Below, piece after piece: positions 39,298-49,377 of a stretch of 64,000 nucleotides of DNA (its first letter is position 1; every line of letters starts with the position of its first letter). This DNA comes from a virus, in IMG/VR virus record IMGVR_UViG_3300025151_000017, positions 52,942 to 116,941 of that record; one strand, 5' to 3'. Position numbers and translations under genes: made by a program. Under the pieces are notes generated by a model. That model was not told the DNA's origin and did not search any database. It saw only the letters and a program-made list of their open reading frames with translations.

Positions 39298-39760
39298 TTA
39301 TATGAGATTTCTAGTTCTTTTGCTGTTGCCAACCATGGCAATGGCTGACCAATTATCATTTGAGTTTGGTAATCCTGCCTTTTCTAAGCAAGGTTATAGC
39401 TCTCATGTCTTGAGTGTTGAACAATTATCATACTCAAGGAAACAAGATGTGATAGAAGACGCAAAGAGTGAAGCTGCAAGAGCAGAAAGAGATGCAGAAA
39501 ACACTACAGTTGCGAAGTTTATTAAGAATGTAGAATCTAGAATTTATGCTAACTTGTCGAAGCAGTTAGTTGATAACATGTTCGGTGAAAGTTGTGATAG
39601 TACAACTACGAACTGTCCGACGAGTGGTACTTCAGAAGTTGAGGGTGCTACTATTTACTGGGTTAAAGATACAACCACGGAGATAATCACTCTCACTATT
39701 ACAGACGAGAATGGTTCTGTGACAAGCATGAGTGTACCTATCGGCGATTTTGTATTTTAA
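39287..39760 (+). CDS. csgF: Curli assembly protein CsgF-like
   Basis: Signal peptide, L.FEF.NPAF and F...VESRI...LS.QL. Lies directly upstream of csgG. Confidence 0.75.
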   Translation: MLNNYMRFLVLLLLPTMAMADQLSFEFGNPAFSKQGYSSHVLSVEQLSYSRKQDVIEDAKSEAARAERDAENTTVAKFIKNVESRIYANLSKQLVDNMFGESCDSTTTNCPTSGTSEVEGATIYWVKDTTTEIITLTITDENGSVTSMSVPIGDFVF

Positions 39761-39773
39761 AAGGAGTTGCCCA

Positions 39774-40601
39774 GTGCAAAAATTATGTAGGAGTATAGTA
39801 TTATTGTCTCTGCTTTTTGTAGTAGGATGTGCGACACCTCTGAAGTATAATGAATACAAAGAGATGGGTCCATTCCATCATGGTACTCCGACGAGTAAAT
39901 TATTAAAAGATTTACCACCATTAGATAATGATATAATGACCATAGCAGTTTATAACTTTATGGATAAAACTGGTCAGAGAAAACCAAGTGCCAAGTTTTC
40001 TCAACTATCAACTGCTGTGACGCAAGGACCAGAGGTGTGGGTAATACAAGCACTAAAAGAAGCTGGTAATGGCACATGGTTTAAAGTTGTAGAACGAGGT
40101 GGTTTAGAAAACCTCGTCAAAGAAAGGCAACTGATACGATCTACTAGAGAATCGTATGAGGGTGCTGAAGCAAATAAGAATTCTTTGAAACCTTTATTAT
40201 TTGCTGGATTGATATTAGAGGGTGGGATTGTATCCTATGACACTAATATTGATACAGGTGGTTTCGGAGTAAGGTACTTTGGTATCGGTGCATCGGAAGA
40301 GTACCGAGTTGACCAAGTCACTGTCTCAATGAGAGTTGTAGCAGTACAAACAGGAGAAGTAATCCTAGCTGTAAATGGTACAAAAACTATCGCATCTCAT
40401 AAGACAGGAGTTGATGCTTTTAGGTTTATAGATATGGGAACAAGAGCGATAGAGGTTGAAAGTGGGGTGAGTGCGAACGAACCTGTTAATTATGCTATAA
40501 GATCTGCAGTTGAATACTGTATTATAGAAATAATAAAACAGGGCGAGCAAAAGTCACTCTGGAAATTTAAGGAGAAAGAAACAGATGAAGGAATACATTA
40601 A
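39774..40601 (+). CDS. csgG: Curli secretion channel CsgG-like lipoprotein
   Basis: Lipobox VVGC, AVYNF.DKTGQRKP, STAVTQG, WFKVVER.GL.NL.KER and EGGIVSYDTN. Confidence 0.92.
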   Translation: MQKLCRSIVLLSLLFVVGCATPLKYNEYKEMGPFHHGTPTSKLLKDLPPLDNDIMTIAVYNFMDKTGQRKPSAKFSQLSTAVTQGPEVWVIQALKEAGNGTWFKVVERGGLENLVKERQLIRSTRESYEGAEANKNSLKPLLFAGLILEGGIVSYDTNIDTGGFGVRYFGIGASEEYRVDQVTVSMRVVAVQTGEVILAVNGTKTIASHKTGVDAFRFIDMGTRAIEVESGVSANEPVNYAIRSAVEYCIIEIIKQGEQKSLWKFKEKETDEGIH

Positions 40602-41283
40602 AAAAACTTTGTTATGTATTGTCCCTTTACTATTTGCTGGTAATTTTCTTCTGGCTAACGATGTCTATGTCACACAAAGTGGTGATTCACTTGACTTAGA
40701 TATTACTCAAGATGGTCAGAATAACACTATCGGTAATTCTACTACTGCTTCCAGTTCGACAGGTGCCACCACTACTTTGGATATTGACCAAGTCGGTAAT
40801 AGTAATGTGATTACTTATCAGATTAATGGTGCTACTTATACTGGCACAATTAATTTGGCTGGTAATTCAAACAATGTTGATTTGAACTGTGATAGCACAG
40901 GTAATAATAGTTCTTGTGGAACTGTTAATGCTGTAGTTAATTTTACAGGTAATTCAAACGACATCGACTTAGATATTGGTCAAACTGCAGCAGCAGGTAA
41001 TGCTGATGTGGATATAGTAGGTCAAAGTGGGTCCGACAGTAATGTCGTGGCTGCCACTATCGATGGTACAAGTGCCATCTTGACTATTACTGTGAATGGT
41101 GACACTAACAACTGGTTGATAGATGTAGATGGTAATGGTGATGTCAATGGACATACTTTGATACATACGCATACTGGTGGTATCGCTGATGTAGATATAA
41201 CTCAGTCTGGTATTAATGACCAAATGATAACCCTGACAACTTCGGGAGATAATCATGACATCGATATCAGTCAAACTGACTAA
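40585..41283 (+). CDS. Curlin-repeat (CsgA/B-like) secreted protein
   Basis: Signal peptide and repeated I.Q.G.NN / G..N.V.I units; rich in N, G, D and T. Confidence 0.7.
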   Translation: MKEYIKKTLLCIVPLLFAGNFLLANDVYVTQSGDSLDLDITQDGQNNTIGNSTTASSSTGATTTLDIDQVGNSNVITYQINGATYTGTINLAGNSNNVDLNCDSTGNNSSCGTVNAVVNFTGNSNDIDLDIGQTAAAGNADVDIVGQSGSDSNVVAATIDGTSAILTITVNGDTNNWLIDVDGNGDVNGHTLIHTHTGGIADVDITQSGINDQMITLTTSGDNHDIDISQTD

Positions 41284-41336
41284 TTTATTTACAGAAGATC
41301 CAAGCATTATGCTGTTTTTGATGATAACTTTTTAAT

Positions 41337-42440
41337 ATGTCTAGGTTTGTAATTATATTTCTGGTGCTGGCTATGACACAATTAAGTCATGCCAGCATCG
41401 GCAATGTAGAAATTCATGAAGGAAATGGTGTCATTGAGCGAAAAGCCAATGGCGAAGAAGTAAGTACCAAAGAAGATTTAGATGTCTTCAGTTATGATAC
41501 TGTGAAAACAGGTAAAGGTAAAACTTCTATTGACTTCGTAGATGATACAAGAGTAGATGTTACAGAACATTCTAAACTAATCATCGATGAGTTTGTTTAC
41601 GATCCTAATACTAAAAAAGGGAAGTTGTCCTTAAAAGCAAGTTTAGGAACCATAAGGTATGCTAGTGGACAGATTGCCAAGAATAGCAGGCAAGATGTAA
41701 ACATTACAACTCCTACAGCAACTATCGCTGTAAGGGGAACGGACTTTAGTATGACAGTAGATGAGATAGGATCCTCTACTATCATATTATTACCAAGTTG
41801 CGATGCTACTGGTGCTTGCTTTGTAGGTGAGATATCAGTAGAGTCAGATGTAGGTCAAGTAATACTTAACCAAGCATTTCAAGCAACAGTGGTCGGTACT
41901 GTGTCTTCACAACCCATGAAGCCAGTCCTCTTAGATTTAGAGGAAGATATGATAGGAAACTTACTTATTATATCAAAGCCACGAGAGATAGAAGAAGAGC
42001 AAGAGCGAAGTGAATATAATAAAGTAGCAAATGCTCTTGACATAGATTTTTTAGAGTTTGAGGATCTAGAGGTAGATTACTTAGAGGAAGAAGAAGACCA
42101 GTGGGTGACTGGATTAGATATAGATTTTTTAGAACAAAACTTTTTGGTCGATATCTTAAAACAAATTAATGAACAACTTGCTTTACAGATGAGAAGTGAG
42201 TTTGATAAAAAGAGAACTACAGGTGATGTAAAGTTAGGGAAAGATCCTGAGACTGGAGTAATAATTTTAGATGAAGATCCGAACTGGGTATATTCTAGAG
42301 AGGGAGCAGGAAACTTTTTTGAACTTAGATTAGATAAAGAATATGGTTATGTAATTTCATTCACACAGAATGATTTTTCAGTATTCGATTACGAACTAGG
42401 AGGAAACAATAATGTCATCAATATTCTACAGAATCAGTAG
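41337..42440 (+). CDS. FecR-domain secreted protein
   Basis: D.VKTG, I.FVDDT.V...S.L.ID and TPTATIAVRGTDF. Confidence 0.85.
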   Translation: MSRFVIIFLVLAMTQLSHASIGNVEIHEGNGVIERKANGEEVSTKEDLDVFSYDTVKTGKGKTSIDFVDDTRVDVTEHSKLIIDEFVYDPNTKKGKLSLKASLGTIRYASGQIAKNSRQDVNITTPTATIAVRGTDFSMTVDEIGSSTIILLPSCDATGACFVGEISVESDVGQVILNQAFQATVVGTVSSQPMKPVLLDLEEDMIGNLLIISKPREIEEEQERSEYNKVANALDIDFLEFEDLEVDYLEEEEDQWVTGLDIDFLEQNFLVDILKQINEQLALQMRSEFDKKRTTGDVKLGKDPETGVIILDEDPNWVYSREGAGNFFELRLDKEYGYVISFTQNDFSVFDYELGGNNNVINILQNQ

Positions 42441-43146
42441 CATCATAGTTATTGCCTGGATGTTCTTGTTTGCTTCTGAAGCATTCGGTAGTGAAATTTA
42501 TATCAACCAATCAGGAAATAATTTTACACTAGATGTAATTCAAGATGGTACTGGTAATAATATAATCAGAGGATATCATAATCAAACTGCTAGTATCTCT
42601 GGTAATAATAACTCCCTAAAGATTACACAAAAACAAACTGTTTCAACTTCTACCTTTTCAACAGCACATGTAGATATAGATGGTGATAGTAATGATATAT
42701 TCATGGGATTCGGAGTAGGCACATACTCAAACGATTACACAAATTATACAGCATATGATGGTCAAGAAGCTGGCAATCATAATCAAAAGTTATATCTACA
42801 AGGAGATAATAACGACATCTATATGAGTCAAAGAAATGGCTCACCCAATCAAGCATACAGTGCTCACTCAATAGATTTAAAAATATATAGTGACTATAAT
42901 GATGTTGGTATATTCCAAGGTCACGATGGGTCAAAAACTTTAGACCTAACTATTAATAATGACTATAACGATGTAGATATTAGACAACAAGGATATAATT
43001 CTGGACACAGTGCAACTATAACACTAGATGGTAATTATCCAACTACTTTGTTTCTCAACCAGAATAATGGATATAGCAATAGTTCTTATTCATTAAATCA
43101 ATTTTGTAATACTTCTGGTGGGTGTAGTTTAACAGTAAACGACTAA
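42412..43146 (+). CDS. Second curlin-repeat-like secreted protein
   Basis: Signal peptide, IYINQSGNN and repeated G..N.I.I.Q units. Confidence 0.65.
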   Translation: MSSIFYRISSIIVIAWMFLFASEAFGSEIYINQSGNNFTLDVIQDGTGNNIIRGYHNQTASISGNNNSLKITQKQTVSTSTFSTAHVDIDGDSNDIFMGFGVGTYSNDYTNYTAYDGQEAGNHNQKLYLQGDNNDIYMSQRNGSPNQAYSAHSIDLKIYSDYNDVGIFQGHDGSKTLDLTINNDYNDVDIRQQGYNSGHSATITLDGNYPTTLFLNQNNGYSNSSYSLNQFCNTSGGCSLTVND

Positions 43147-43268
43147 TGAATGAATTAGAAAAATTAATAGAAAGCATAAAAGACTTCAAAGAGATTGAAG
43201 ACTTAATAAAAGCTAAAGTCTATACAGATAAACTAATTAACGAACTACAAGCAAAAGTAAACGACTAA
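43146..43268 (+). CDS. Small hypothetical protein (40 aa, not in ORF track)
   Basis: TAATG coupling; fills the gap between neighbouring genes. Confidence 0.45.
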   Translation: MNELEKLIESIKDFKEIEDLIKAKVYTDKLINELQAKVND

Positions 43269-43276
43269 ATAATACT

Positions 43277-43708
43277 GTGGCTTATTCTAAAGAAGTCGTA
43301 GAAAGATTTGAAAGTGTTCTACGCAACCCAGCAAAACATTCGGTTGGTAAATTCAATCCGAAGGATGCTGATATAGCCACAGGTATGGTAGGAGCTCCAT
43401 CATGTGGTGATGTAATGAAACTCCAACTAAAACTTGACCAAGCTAACGATCCTGATAAAGCCAAGATATTAGATGTTAAGTTTAAAACTTATGGGTGTGG
43501 CTCTGCTATCGCATCCTCTACTATGTTCGTTGAAATGCTTACAGGTAAAACTATAGAAGAAGCAAAAAATATAACCAACGATGAAATAGCTGAAGCATTG
43601 GATTTACCACCAATTAAAATACACTGTTCAGTACTAGCAGAAGAAGGAATTAAAAAGGCGATACAAGATTGGTATGATAAAAAAAGTTCTAACACACTGG
43701 ACGAGTAG
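43277..43708 (+). CDS. iscU: Fe-S cluster scaffold IscU
   Basis: GAPSCGDVMKLQ, FKTYGCGSAIASS and LPPIKIHCSVLAE. CTAAATA at 43265-43271. Confidence 0.95.
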   Translation: MAYSKEVVERFESVLRNPAKHSVGKFNPKDADIATGMVGAPSCGDVMKLQLKLDQANDPDKAKILDVKFKTYGCGSAIASSTMFVEMLTGKTIEEAKNITNDEIAEALDLPPIKIHCSVLAEEGIKKAIQDWYDKKSSNTLDE

Positions 43709-45503
43709 TTTATTCACACTTGCCATTCTGGCAATCATAGGATTCTCAAATCCTAACTTCAAAGAAATAATTAAATTAAAGTCTTTTGACTTTTTACTTG
43801 CATCTGAAGAGCAAAGTTTTTCAGAAGAGATAGTAATAGTTGAGATAGACGAAGCCACCATAGATAAGTATGGGCAGTATCCTTTCAGTCGTACTCAGTA
43901 TGCTTTTCTTATAGAAAAGTTAAGAGAAGCTGGAGCAGGTGTAATAGTATTCCCTATATTATTCTCAGAAGAAGATAGAGAGGATGGCGACTGGGTATTT
44001 AAAGAAGCATTAAAAGCAGGAACTGTTATAGCACAGTTAGGAACTAATGATATTAATAAGAATGGTGTGCCTAGAGGTGTTGCTAAAATAGGAGACCCAT
44101 TACCATACTTGTTTGAGTGGGGTGGGATGCTTGGTCCAATACCAGAGCTTGGTCAGTCAGCGAATGGTGTAGGTGTAGTTAATACTGCTCCCGAAATAGA
44201 TGGTGTGGTTCGTAGAGTTCCTTTACTTATGAGGATAGGTGAAGATGTATATCCTAGCATAGCCATAGAAGTTATTAGAGTTGCAGTAGGCGATCCATCT
44301 TATCAGGTAAAAGCAGGTGAGGGTGGCATACAAGCTATGAGAGTCCCAGGATTTGCTACTATACAAACTGATGCGAATGCTAGAATATGGTTGCGTCATG
44401 ATAAAATATATCCGACCATATCTATGGTAGATGAAATAGATGACTTCGTATTCGGTAAAACTGTAATCGTATCGCCAACTGCTGCTGGTATATCAAATAT
44501 CATAGCAACTCCTAGAGGAGAACAATACTCACATTATATTACTGCTTCAACCTTACAAACAGTTTTATCAGATGGACAAATAACTCGAGTTGATTATCTA
44601 CCATTACTTGAAATGGTTTCAGTAATATTGTTTGCACTTATAACTATTATCGCTGTTAGATTTTTACCATATGCTTGGCTCGCATTATACTTGGGTGTGG
44701 TAATATCTGCTGCAATCGCAAAAGCATACTTCGCATTTACTTGGTATGGTTGGTTAATAGATGTATCTTGGTTTATTATAACAATTATTATAATAGGATT
44801 CCACGCAACCTTTACTAGATTTATCCTAGAGTTTAATTTAAAACAACAAATAAGAAAACAGTTTGAGAGATATCTAGATCCTAGACAAGTTGCTATCCTA
44901 CAAAAAGATCCTAGTAAATTAAAACTAGGTGGCGAGAAAAGAGAGATGAGTTTCTTGTTTATGGACATAGTTGGCTTTACACCTATATCTGAGTATTTTA
45001 AAAACAAAGACGACCCAGAAGGATTAGTAGAATTAATTAATGATTACTTAAATAGAATGACTAAGATCGTCTTGGCTAATGGTGGTTGTGTAGATAAATA
45101 CATGGGCGATTGTATTATGGCTTTCTGGAATGCTCCACTTGATTGCGATAATCACGCAGAGTTAGCAGTCAAGACAAGTATTGAATGTGCTAAAGAAACT
45201 GAAAAGCTGAAGAAAGAATATAAAGAAGCAGGATTACCTGAGATTAATATTGGCTCAGGTGTAAACACTGGTACATGTATCGTGGGTAATATGGGAAGTG
45301 AAATGAGGTTTGACTATTCTGTTATCGGAGATGCTGTAAACCTTGCTGCCAGACTAGAAGCACAAACCAGAAACTATCCAAACTGTCATACACTTTACTC
45401 TCAATATACCAAAGATTGCCTAAATAGTATTGAGTCCATTGAATTAGATAAAATCAAAGTCAAGGGCAAAGAAGAATTAATAACAATATATGAACCCAAA
45501 TGA
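43674..45503 (+). CDS. CHASE2-domain class III adenylate/guanylate cyclase
   Basis: IVEIDE....YGQYPF.R and DGVVRRVPL, three TMs, then FMDIVGFT, DKYMGDCIMAFWNAP, GNMGS..RFDYSVIGDAVNLAARLE and VKGK. Confidence 0.93.
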   Translation: MIKKVLTHWTSSLFTLAILAIIGFSNPNFKEIIKLKSFDFLLASEEQSFSEEIVIVEIDEATIDKYGQYPFSRTQYAFLIEKLREAGAGVIVFPILFSEEDREDGDWVFKEALKAGTVIAQLGTNDINKNGVPRGVAKIGDPLPYLFEWGGMLGPIPELGQSANGVGVVNTAPEIDGVVRRVPLLMRIGEDVYPSIAIEVIRVAVGDPSYQVKAGEGGIQAMRVPGFATIQTDANARIWLRHDKIYPTISMVDEIDDFVFGKTVIVSPTAAGISNIIATPRGEQYSHYITASTLQTVLSDGQITRVDYLPLLEMVSVILFALITIIAVRFLPYAWLALYLGVVISAAIAKAYFAFTWYGWLIDVSWFIITIIIIGFHATFTRFILEFNLKQQIRKQFERYLDPRQVAILQKDPSKLKLGGEKREMSFLFMDIVGFTPISEYFKNKDDPEGLVELINDYLNRMTKIVLANGGCVDKYMGDCIMAFWNAPLDCDNHAELAVKTSIECAKETEKLKKEYKEAGLPEINIGSGVNTGTCIVGNMGSEMRFDYSVIGDAVNLAARLEAQTRNYPNCHTLYSQYTKDCLNSIESIELDKIKVKGKEELITIYEPK

Positions 45504-45802
45504 TGCCTGATATTTTCATAAACACTGTATGGTACATTGTACTCACTGCATTTACTGCCAGTGGTGAAACTTTACATTCCAACTGGAGCATACCATTCGA
45601 GAATCCAAACATCTGTGGTTATTATCTAAAGAACATGGATACTGATGCAGAGTCCTTACCATTCAAAAAAGATGAGATGGGCAACTATGTTATCTATCAT
45701 GGAGAGAAGGTTTATGAGGTAGAGTTCTGGTCACACTCCTGTGTACAGTTTTACTATGATGAAAAGGCAGAAAAGTTCCTACAAGTCCCAAATAGTATCT
45801 AA
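45500..45802 (+). CDS. Hypothetical protein
   Basis: ATGA coupling; 100 aa ORF. Confidence 0.55.
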   Translation: MMPDIFINTVWYIVLTAFTASGETLHSNWSIPFENPNICGYYLKNMDTDAESLPFKKDEMGNYVIYHGEKVYEVEFWSHSCVQFYYDEKAEKFLQVPNSI

Positions 45803-45995
45803 AACCCTTAAAAACAGGGTAAAATCAAGCCATATCAAATAACAGCCTATTTTAAGGACCACTGAGAGTATCGGATATCAGGGGGATATAATACCATTAC
45901 CCCATGCCTTTTTGCGTCTCAGTGAGGATATATGGAGTCCGTTTTTCACAAACTATGGCTTTTTTTCCTTATTTTAGACTATTTTACGATTTTTC

Positions 45996-46024
45996 TTTAC
46001 TTTTAAGTTTTTTTAGGGTAGAAT
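45996..46024 (+). promoter_or_regulatory. Promoter TTTACT-N17-TAGAAT
   Basis: 37-bp identity with 1154-1190. Confidence 0.8.
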
Positions 46025-46079
46025 GATAATACTGTGAAAGTCACAGGTAATTAACCATAGAAATATCTAAGGAGGATAT

Positions 46080-46340
46080 ATGGCTAATCGTAAAATGACG
46101 CAGGAAGCGAAGTTGCTTCGTGCTTTACAAAATGGCAGTGAGTTTACTGCTAATCAAATCGTGTCTAGATTCGGTATTAAGAATCCATATGCGGTTGTGC
46201 AAAACCTTAAATTGAAAGGTTATGCAATCTATCTGAACAAAAGAACTAATTCTGTTGGTCAGACCTATATGAAGTATCGTCTTGGTACTCCAACTAGGGC
46301 AGTTGTTGCTGCTGGATACAGAGCACTCATTGGTGCGTAA
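46080..46340 (+). CDS. Small winged-helix DNA-binding protein
   Basis: T..QI..RFGI.NP.A....L...GY.IY and YRLGTP. AAGGAGG RBS. Confidence 0.7.
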   Translation: MANRKMTQEAKLLRALQNGSEFTANQIVSRFGIKNPYAVVQNLKLKGYAIYLNKRTNSVGQTYMKYRLGTPTRAVVAAGYRALIGA

Positions 46341-46363
46341 TCATTTCGTCCTGATATGATTAT

Positions 46364-46403
46364 AAAGGGGAGTCGGTCATCAGCACCACTCCCCTTTACT
46401 TTT
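46364..46403 (+). terminator. Rho-independent terminator overlapping the next promoter's -35 box
   Basis: AAAGGGGAGT...ACTCCCCTTT followed by ACTTTT. Confidence 0.75.
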
Positions 46404-46423
46404 AAGTTTTTTTGTAATAGAAT
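46395..46423 (+). promoter_or_regulatory. Promoter TTTACT-N17-TAGAAT
   Basis: -10 box at 46418-46423 and ATG at 46430. Confidence 0.8.
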
Positions 46424-46429
46424 ATAAAT

Positions 46430-46612
46430 ATGGCGATATTTTTGACCCAGTATGATGTAAAGCTGAGTGATGGCACTAGAAAGAGTTTCGCAGGTCCTGA
46501 CATTGATTGTTTGGACTTAGATGAAGCTAAAGACATTGCCAAGGACATGAGTCCTACACTATATGTTTGCGGAGAGTGGGTAGAAAATGTTATGCCTTAC
46601 CGAAACCAATAA
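46430..46612 (+). CDS. Hypothetical protein
   Basis: 60 aa ORF immediately after a promoter. Confidence 0.6.
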   Translation: MAIFLTQYDVKLSDGTRKSFAGPDIDCLDLDEAKDIAKDMSPTLYVCGEWVENVMPYRNQ

Positions 46613-46622
46613 TGAGGACGAT

Positions 46623-46949
46623 ATGACTGATGATTATGATGACAGAAAGTTTGATGATGCATTGATTACTCAGTGGAGAAACCAGTTGAGTGATGCTATA
46701 TGTACTGTCAAATTTACTAAAGCTGACGACTCCGAAAGGGAAATGAAATGTACTACTAATATAAGGTACATCCCTGAAGAGAAAATGCCTAAGAGTAGTG
46801 ATGAAGGAAATAATGACCGAAAGTTGTTTATTGTTTTTGATACTGAAAAGGGTGAGTGGAGATCTTTCAGGTTTGAAAGAGTTTTAACTTTTATGTATCC
46901 AGGCAACGCACCTTCTAACTATCCACCATCAACTAGAGTGTTCCCATGA
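46623..46949 (+). CDS. WYL_2/Sm-like SH3-barrel protein
   Basis: V.FTK.D...R.M.CT and VFD.EK.EWRSFR. GAGG RBS. Confidence 0.75.
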   Translation: MTDDYDDRKFDDALITQWRNQLSDAICTVKFTKADDSEREMKCTTNIRYIPEEKMPKSSDEGNNDRKLFIVFDTEKGEWRSFRFERVLTFMYPGNAPSNYPPSTRVFP

Positions 46950-47836
46950 TTTTAATTGATTATAGTCAAGTCGCAATCTCTAATATCATGTCTTTCAAAC
47001 AAGACCTGATACAAGCTGAGATGTCTGGCGACAGTAAAGGTGCTGAAGATATTATTCGCCACTGTATTTTATCAAGTCTTAAGATGTATAAGAAAAGATT
47101 CGGTAAAGAGTATGGCGACCTTGTCGTATGTTGTGACAGCTATAATTACTGGAGAAAAGATTATCATCCCTTCTATAAATCCAAACGAGCAGGGTCTCGT
47201 GAAGAAGATGATATGCCTTGGGATGTTCTATTTACCATAATGAGTAATGTAAGAGATGAGATTGCTGAGCACTCTCCTTACAAAGTTATGCGTGTCGAAA
47301 GATGTGAAGCTGATGATGTTATAGGTGTATTATGTGAACACACCAATGAGTTTGGTAATCACGAACCTGTAATGATTGTTTCAAGTGATAAAGATTTTAA
47401 ACAGCTTCAAAAATTTGACAATGTAAAACAGTTCTCTCCTATGCAGAAGAAGTTTGTCACTTTTGCTAAAGGAGAAACTGTTAAAGAGTTTACTACTATG
47501 CACATCGTAAAAGGTGATACTGGCGATGGTGTACCAAATATATTTTCCCCTGATGATATATTTCATCAGGATGGTGTAAGGCAGAAACCTGTCACCAAGA
47601 AAATACTCGAGGAGTTTTATACCTATGGCAGAGATGCTTGTAAAACTGACCAAGAAAGAGAACGATGGGATCGTAATGAAACTTGTATATCCTTATCGCA
47701 TATACCAGAAGAATATAAAAAAGCGATCTCAGATGAATACCTAAATAATAAAGCGAATGGCGATAAGATGTCACTGTATAATTACTTGATGGAGAATCGC
47801 TGTAATTTATTATTAGAAGAAATAGAGGATTTTTAA
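46946..47836 (+). CDS. rnh: T4-type RNase H / 5'-3' exonuclease
   Basis: MILIDYSQ, YWRK...YK..R, EADD, SSDKDF.QL and GD.GDGVPN. Confidence 0.93.
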   Translation: MILIDYSQVAISNIMSFKQDLIQAEMSGDSKGAEDIIRHCILSSLKMYKKRFGKEYGDLVVCCDSYNYWRKDYHPFYKSKRAGSREEDDMPWDVLFTIMSNVRDEIAEHSPYKVMRVERCEADDVIGVLCEHTNEFGNHEPVMIVSSDKDFKQLQKFDNVKQFSPMQKKFVTFAKGETVKEFTTMHIVKGDTGDGVPNIFSPDDIFHQDGVRQKPVTKKILEEFYTYGRDACKTDQERERWDRNETCISLSHIPEEYKKAISDEYLNNKANGDKMSLYNYLMENRCNLLLEEIEDF

Positions 47837-47837
47837 T

Positions 47838-48353
47838 ATGGCTGTGAAGTATATCGATAAGATTCTTCAGGATATAAATGACACTGGAGATGTTGAAAAA
47901 TATAAAGATGATGCACTAGTAAAAATTATTTTTGAAAACGCATTTAATCCTGCTAACAAGTGGATATTGCCAGAGGGCAACCCTCCTTATAAGCCAAGCG
48001 AGGAAGACGATATGGCACCCACTAATATGTATCTTGAAGCAAGACGAATAGGATATATTTTCAAGCGAGAAGATCTTACTCCTGTAAAAAGAGAAGGTTT
48101 ATTTATTGAGATGCTTGAAAGTGTATCACATGCAGAAGCAAAGATTCTTTTAGCTATCAAAGACCAAAGGCTGGATAAGATCTATCCCAAGATTACTCCA
48201 GAACTTGCCAGCAAGGTAGCTGATATTGATACAAAAGAAGCTGATAAGATGATTGCTGAAGCAAAGATTGCTGAAGAGAAAGCTAAAAAACCACACCAGA
48301 GTAAAACGCAAAAGCGAGATTCGTCTGGTAAATTTACTAAGAAGGCAAAGTAA
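47838..48353 (+). CDS. Conserved T4-like hypothetical protein
   Basis: LPEG.PPY, RE.LFI.MLE...EA..L...KD. Confidence 0.7.
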   Translation: MAVKYIDKILQDINDTGDVEKYKDDALVKIIFENAFNPANKWILPEGNPPYKPSEEDDMAPTNMYLEARRIGYIFKREDLTPVKREGLFIEMLESVSHAEAKILLAIKDQRLDKIYPKITPELASKVADIDTKEADKMIAEAKIAEEKAKKPHQSKTQKRDSSGKFTKKAK

Positions 48354-48619
48354 TGACAAAACCACTAGAAGAAAGATTGGTGACTCTAAAAGATCTAGAG
48401 AATAATATTGAGTATGCTGGTGAAGTTCGTGTATGTACTGAAGATAGATTAGTTGTAGCATATAGAGATGCAACTACTGCTGAAAAGAAAGAGGTACAGT
48501 TTGATGTATATGATGTTCTAAATGACAAATGGTCTAGAGAAGATTGGGAGTGTACTTACCCAAACATAAATAAACTAAACGCAACTGATGTCACTGTTCG
48601 AGTAAATAATCATAGATGA
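48353..48619 (+). CDS. Hypothetical protein
   Basis: TAATG coupling. Confidence 0.6.
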   Translation: MTKPLEERLVTLKDLENNIEYAGEVRVCTEDRLVVAYRDATTAEKKEVQFDVYDVLNDKWSREDWECTYPNINKLNATDVTVRVNNHR

Positions 48620-49377
48620 AAATAGCTGTCGTTATGGGAGTGGCGAATAATCGCTCCATCGCATGGGGTATCGCCAACAAGTTGATAGATGAAGGATACA
48701 CTTGTGTCTTTACCTATCCAAACGATTCCATAAAAAAGAAAATTACTAGACTATCACCTATGGCTCATGTCATCAAGTGTGATGTATCCGATCCTATGGA
48801 AGTTAGAAATGCTTTCATACAAATTAAACAACATTATCCTAAGATAGATTATGTTGTACATGCTATGAGTATGACAGACTTTCGTGAGTTAGATGGTAAG
48901 ATGAAGGATATAAGTAGAGAAAACTTTTTAGAAAGTTTAAATGTTGGTTGCTACTCACTGATTGATATAGTAAGAAACAGTTTACCTATGATGAATAAAG
49001 GTGGTGCATATTTGACACTTAGTTATGATGGCTCTCGTAGAGTTTACGACAACTATAATGTAATGGGTCTAGTAAAAGCTAGTTTAGAAAGTGCTACTAG
49101 ATACTTGGCTAGAGACTGTGCCGAAGTTGGTGTACGAATAAATTGTATATCGGCAGGAGTAATTAAAACATCAAGTGCTATGGCAGTAAAAGGTAGCAAG
49201 GGTATGTTAAAATGGGCAGAGGGAGTGAACCCAATGAAAAGAAATATCACTCTAGAAGATATAGCAGGGAGTGCTTATTACTTCCTATCTGATTTATCAT
49301 CAGGTGTGACAGGTGAAACACACTATGTAGATTGCGGATATAATATAATTGGAGCACCGAGTATAGATGACATCTAA
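48616..49377 (+). CDS. fabI: Enoyl-ACP reductase
   Basis: GVANNRSIAWGIA, CDV, YNVMGLVKASLES (YxxMxxxK), RIN.ISAG.IKT and VTGE.HYVD.G. Confidence 0.93.
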   Translation: MKIAVVMGVANNRSIAWGIANKLIDEGYTCVFTYPNDSIKKKITRLSPMAHVIKCDVSDPMEVRNAFIQIKQHYPKIDYVVHAMSMTDFRELDGKMKDISRENFLESLNVGCYSLIDIVRNSLPMMNKGGAYLTLSYDGSRRVYDNYNVMGLVKASLESATRYLARDCAEVGVRINCISAGVIKTSSAMAVKGSKGMLKWAEGVNPMKRNITLEDIAGSAYYFLSDLSSGVTGETHYVDCGYNIIGAPSIDDI

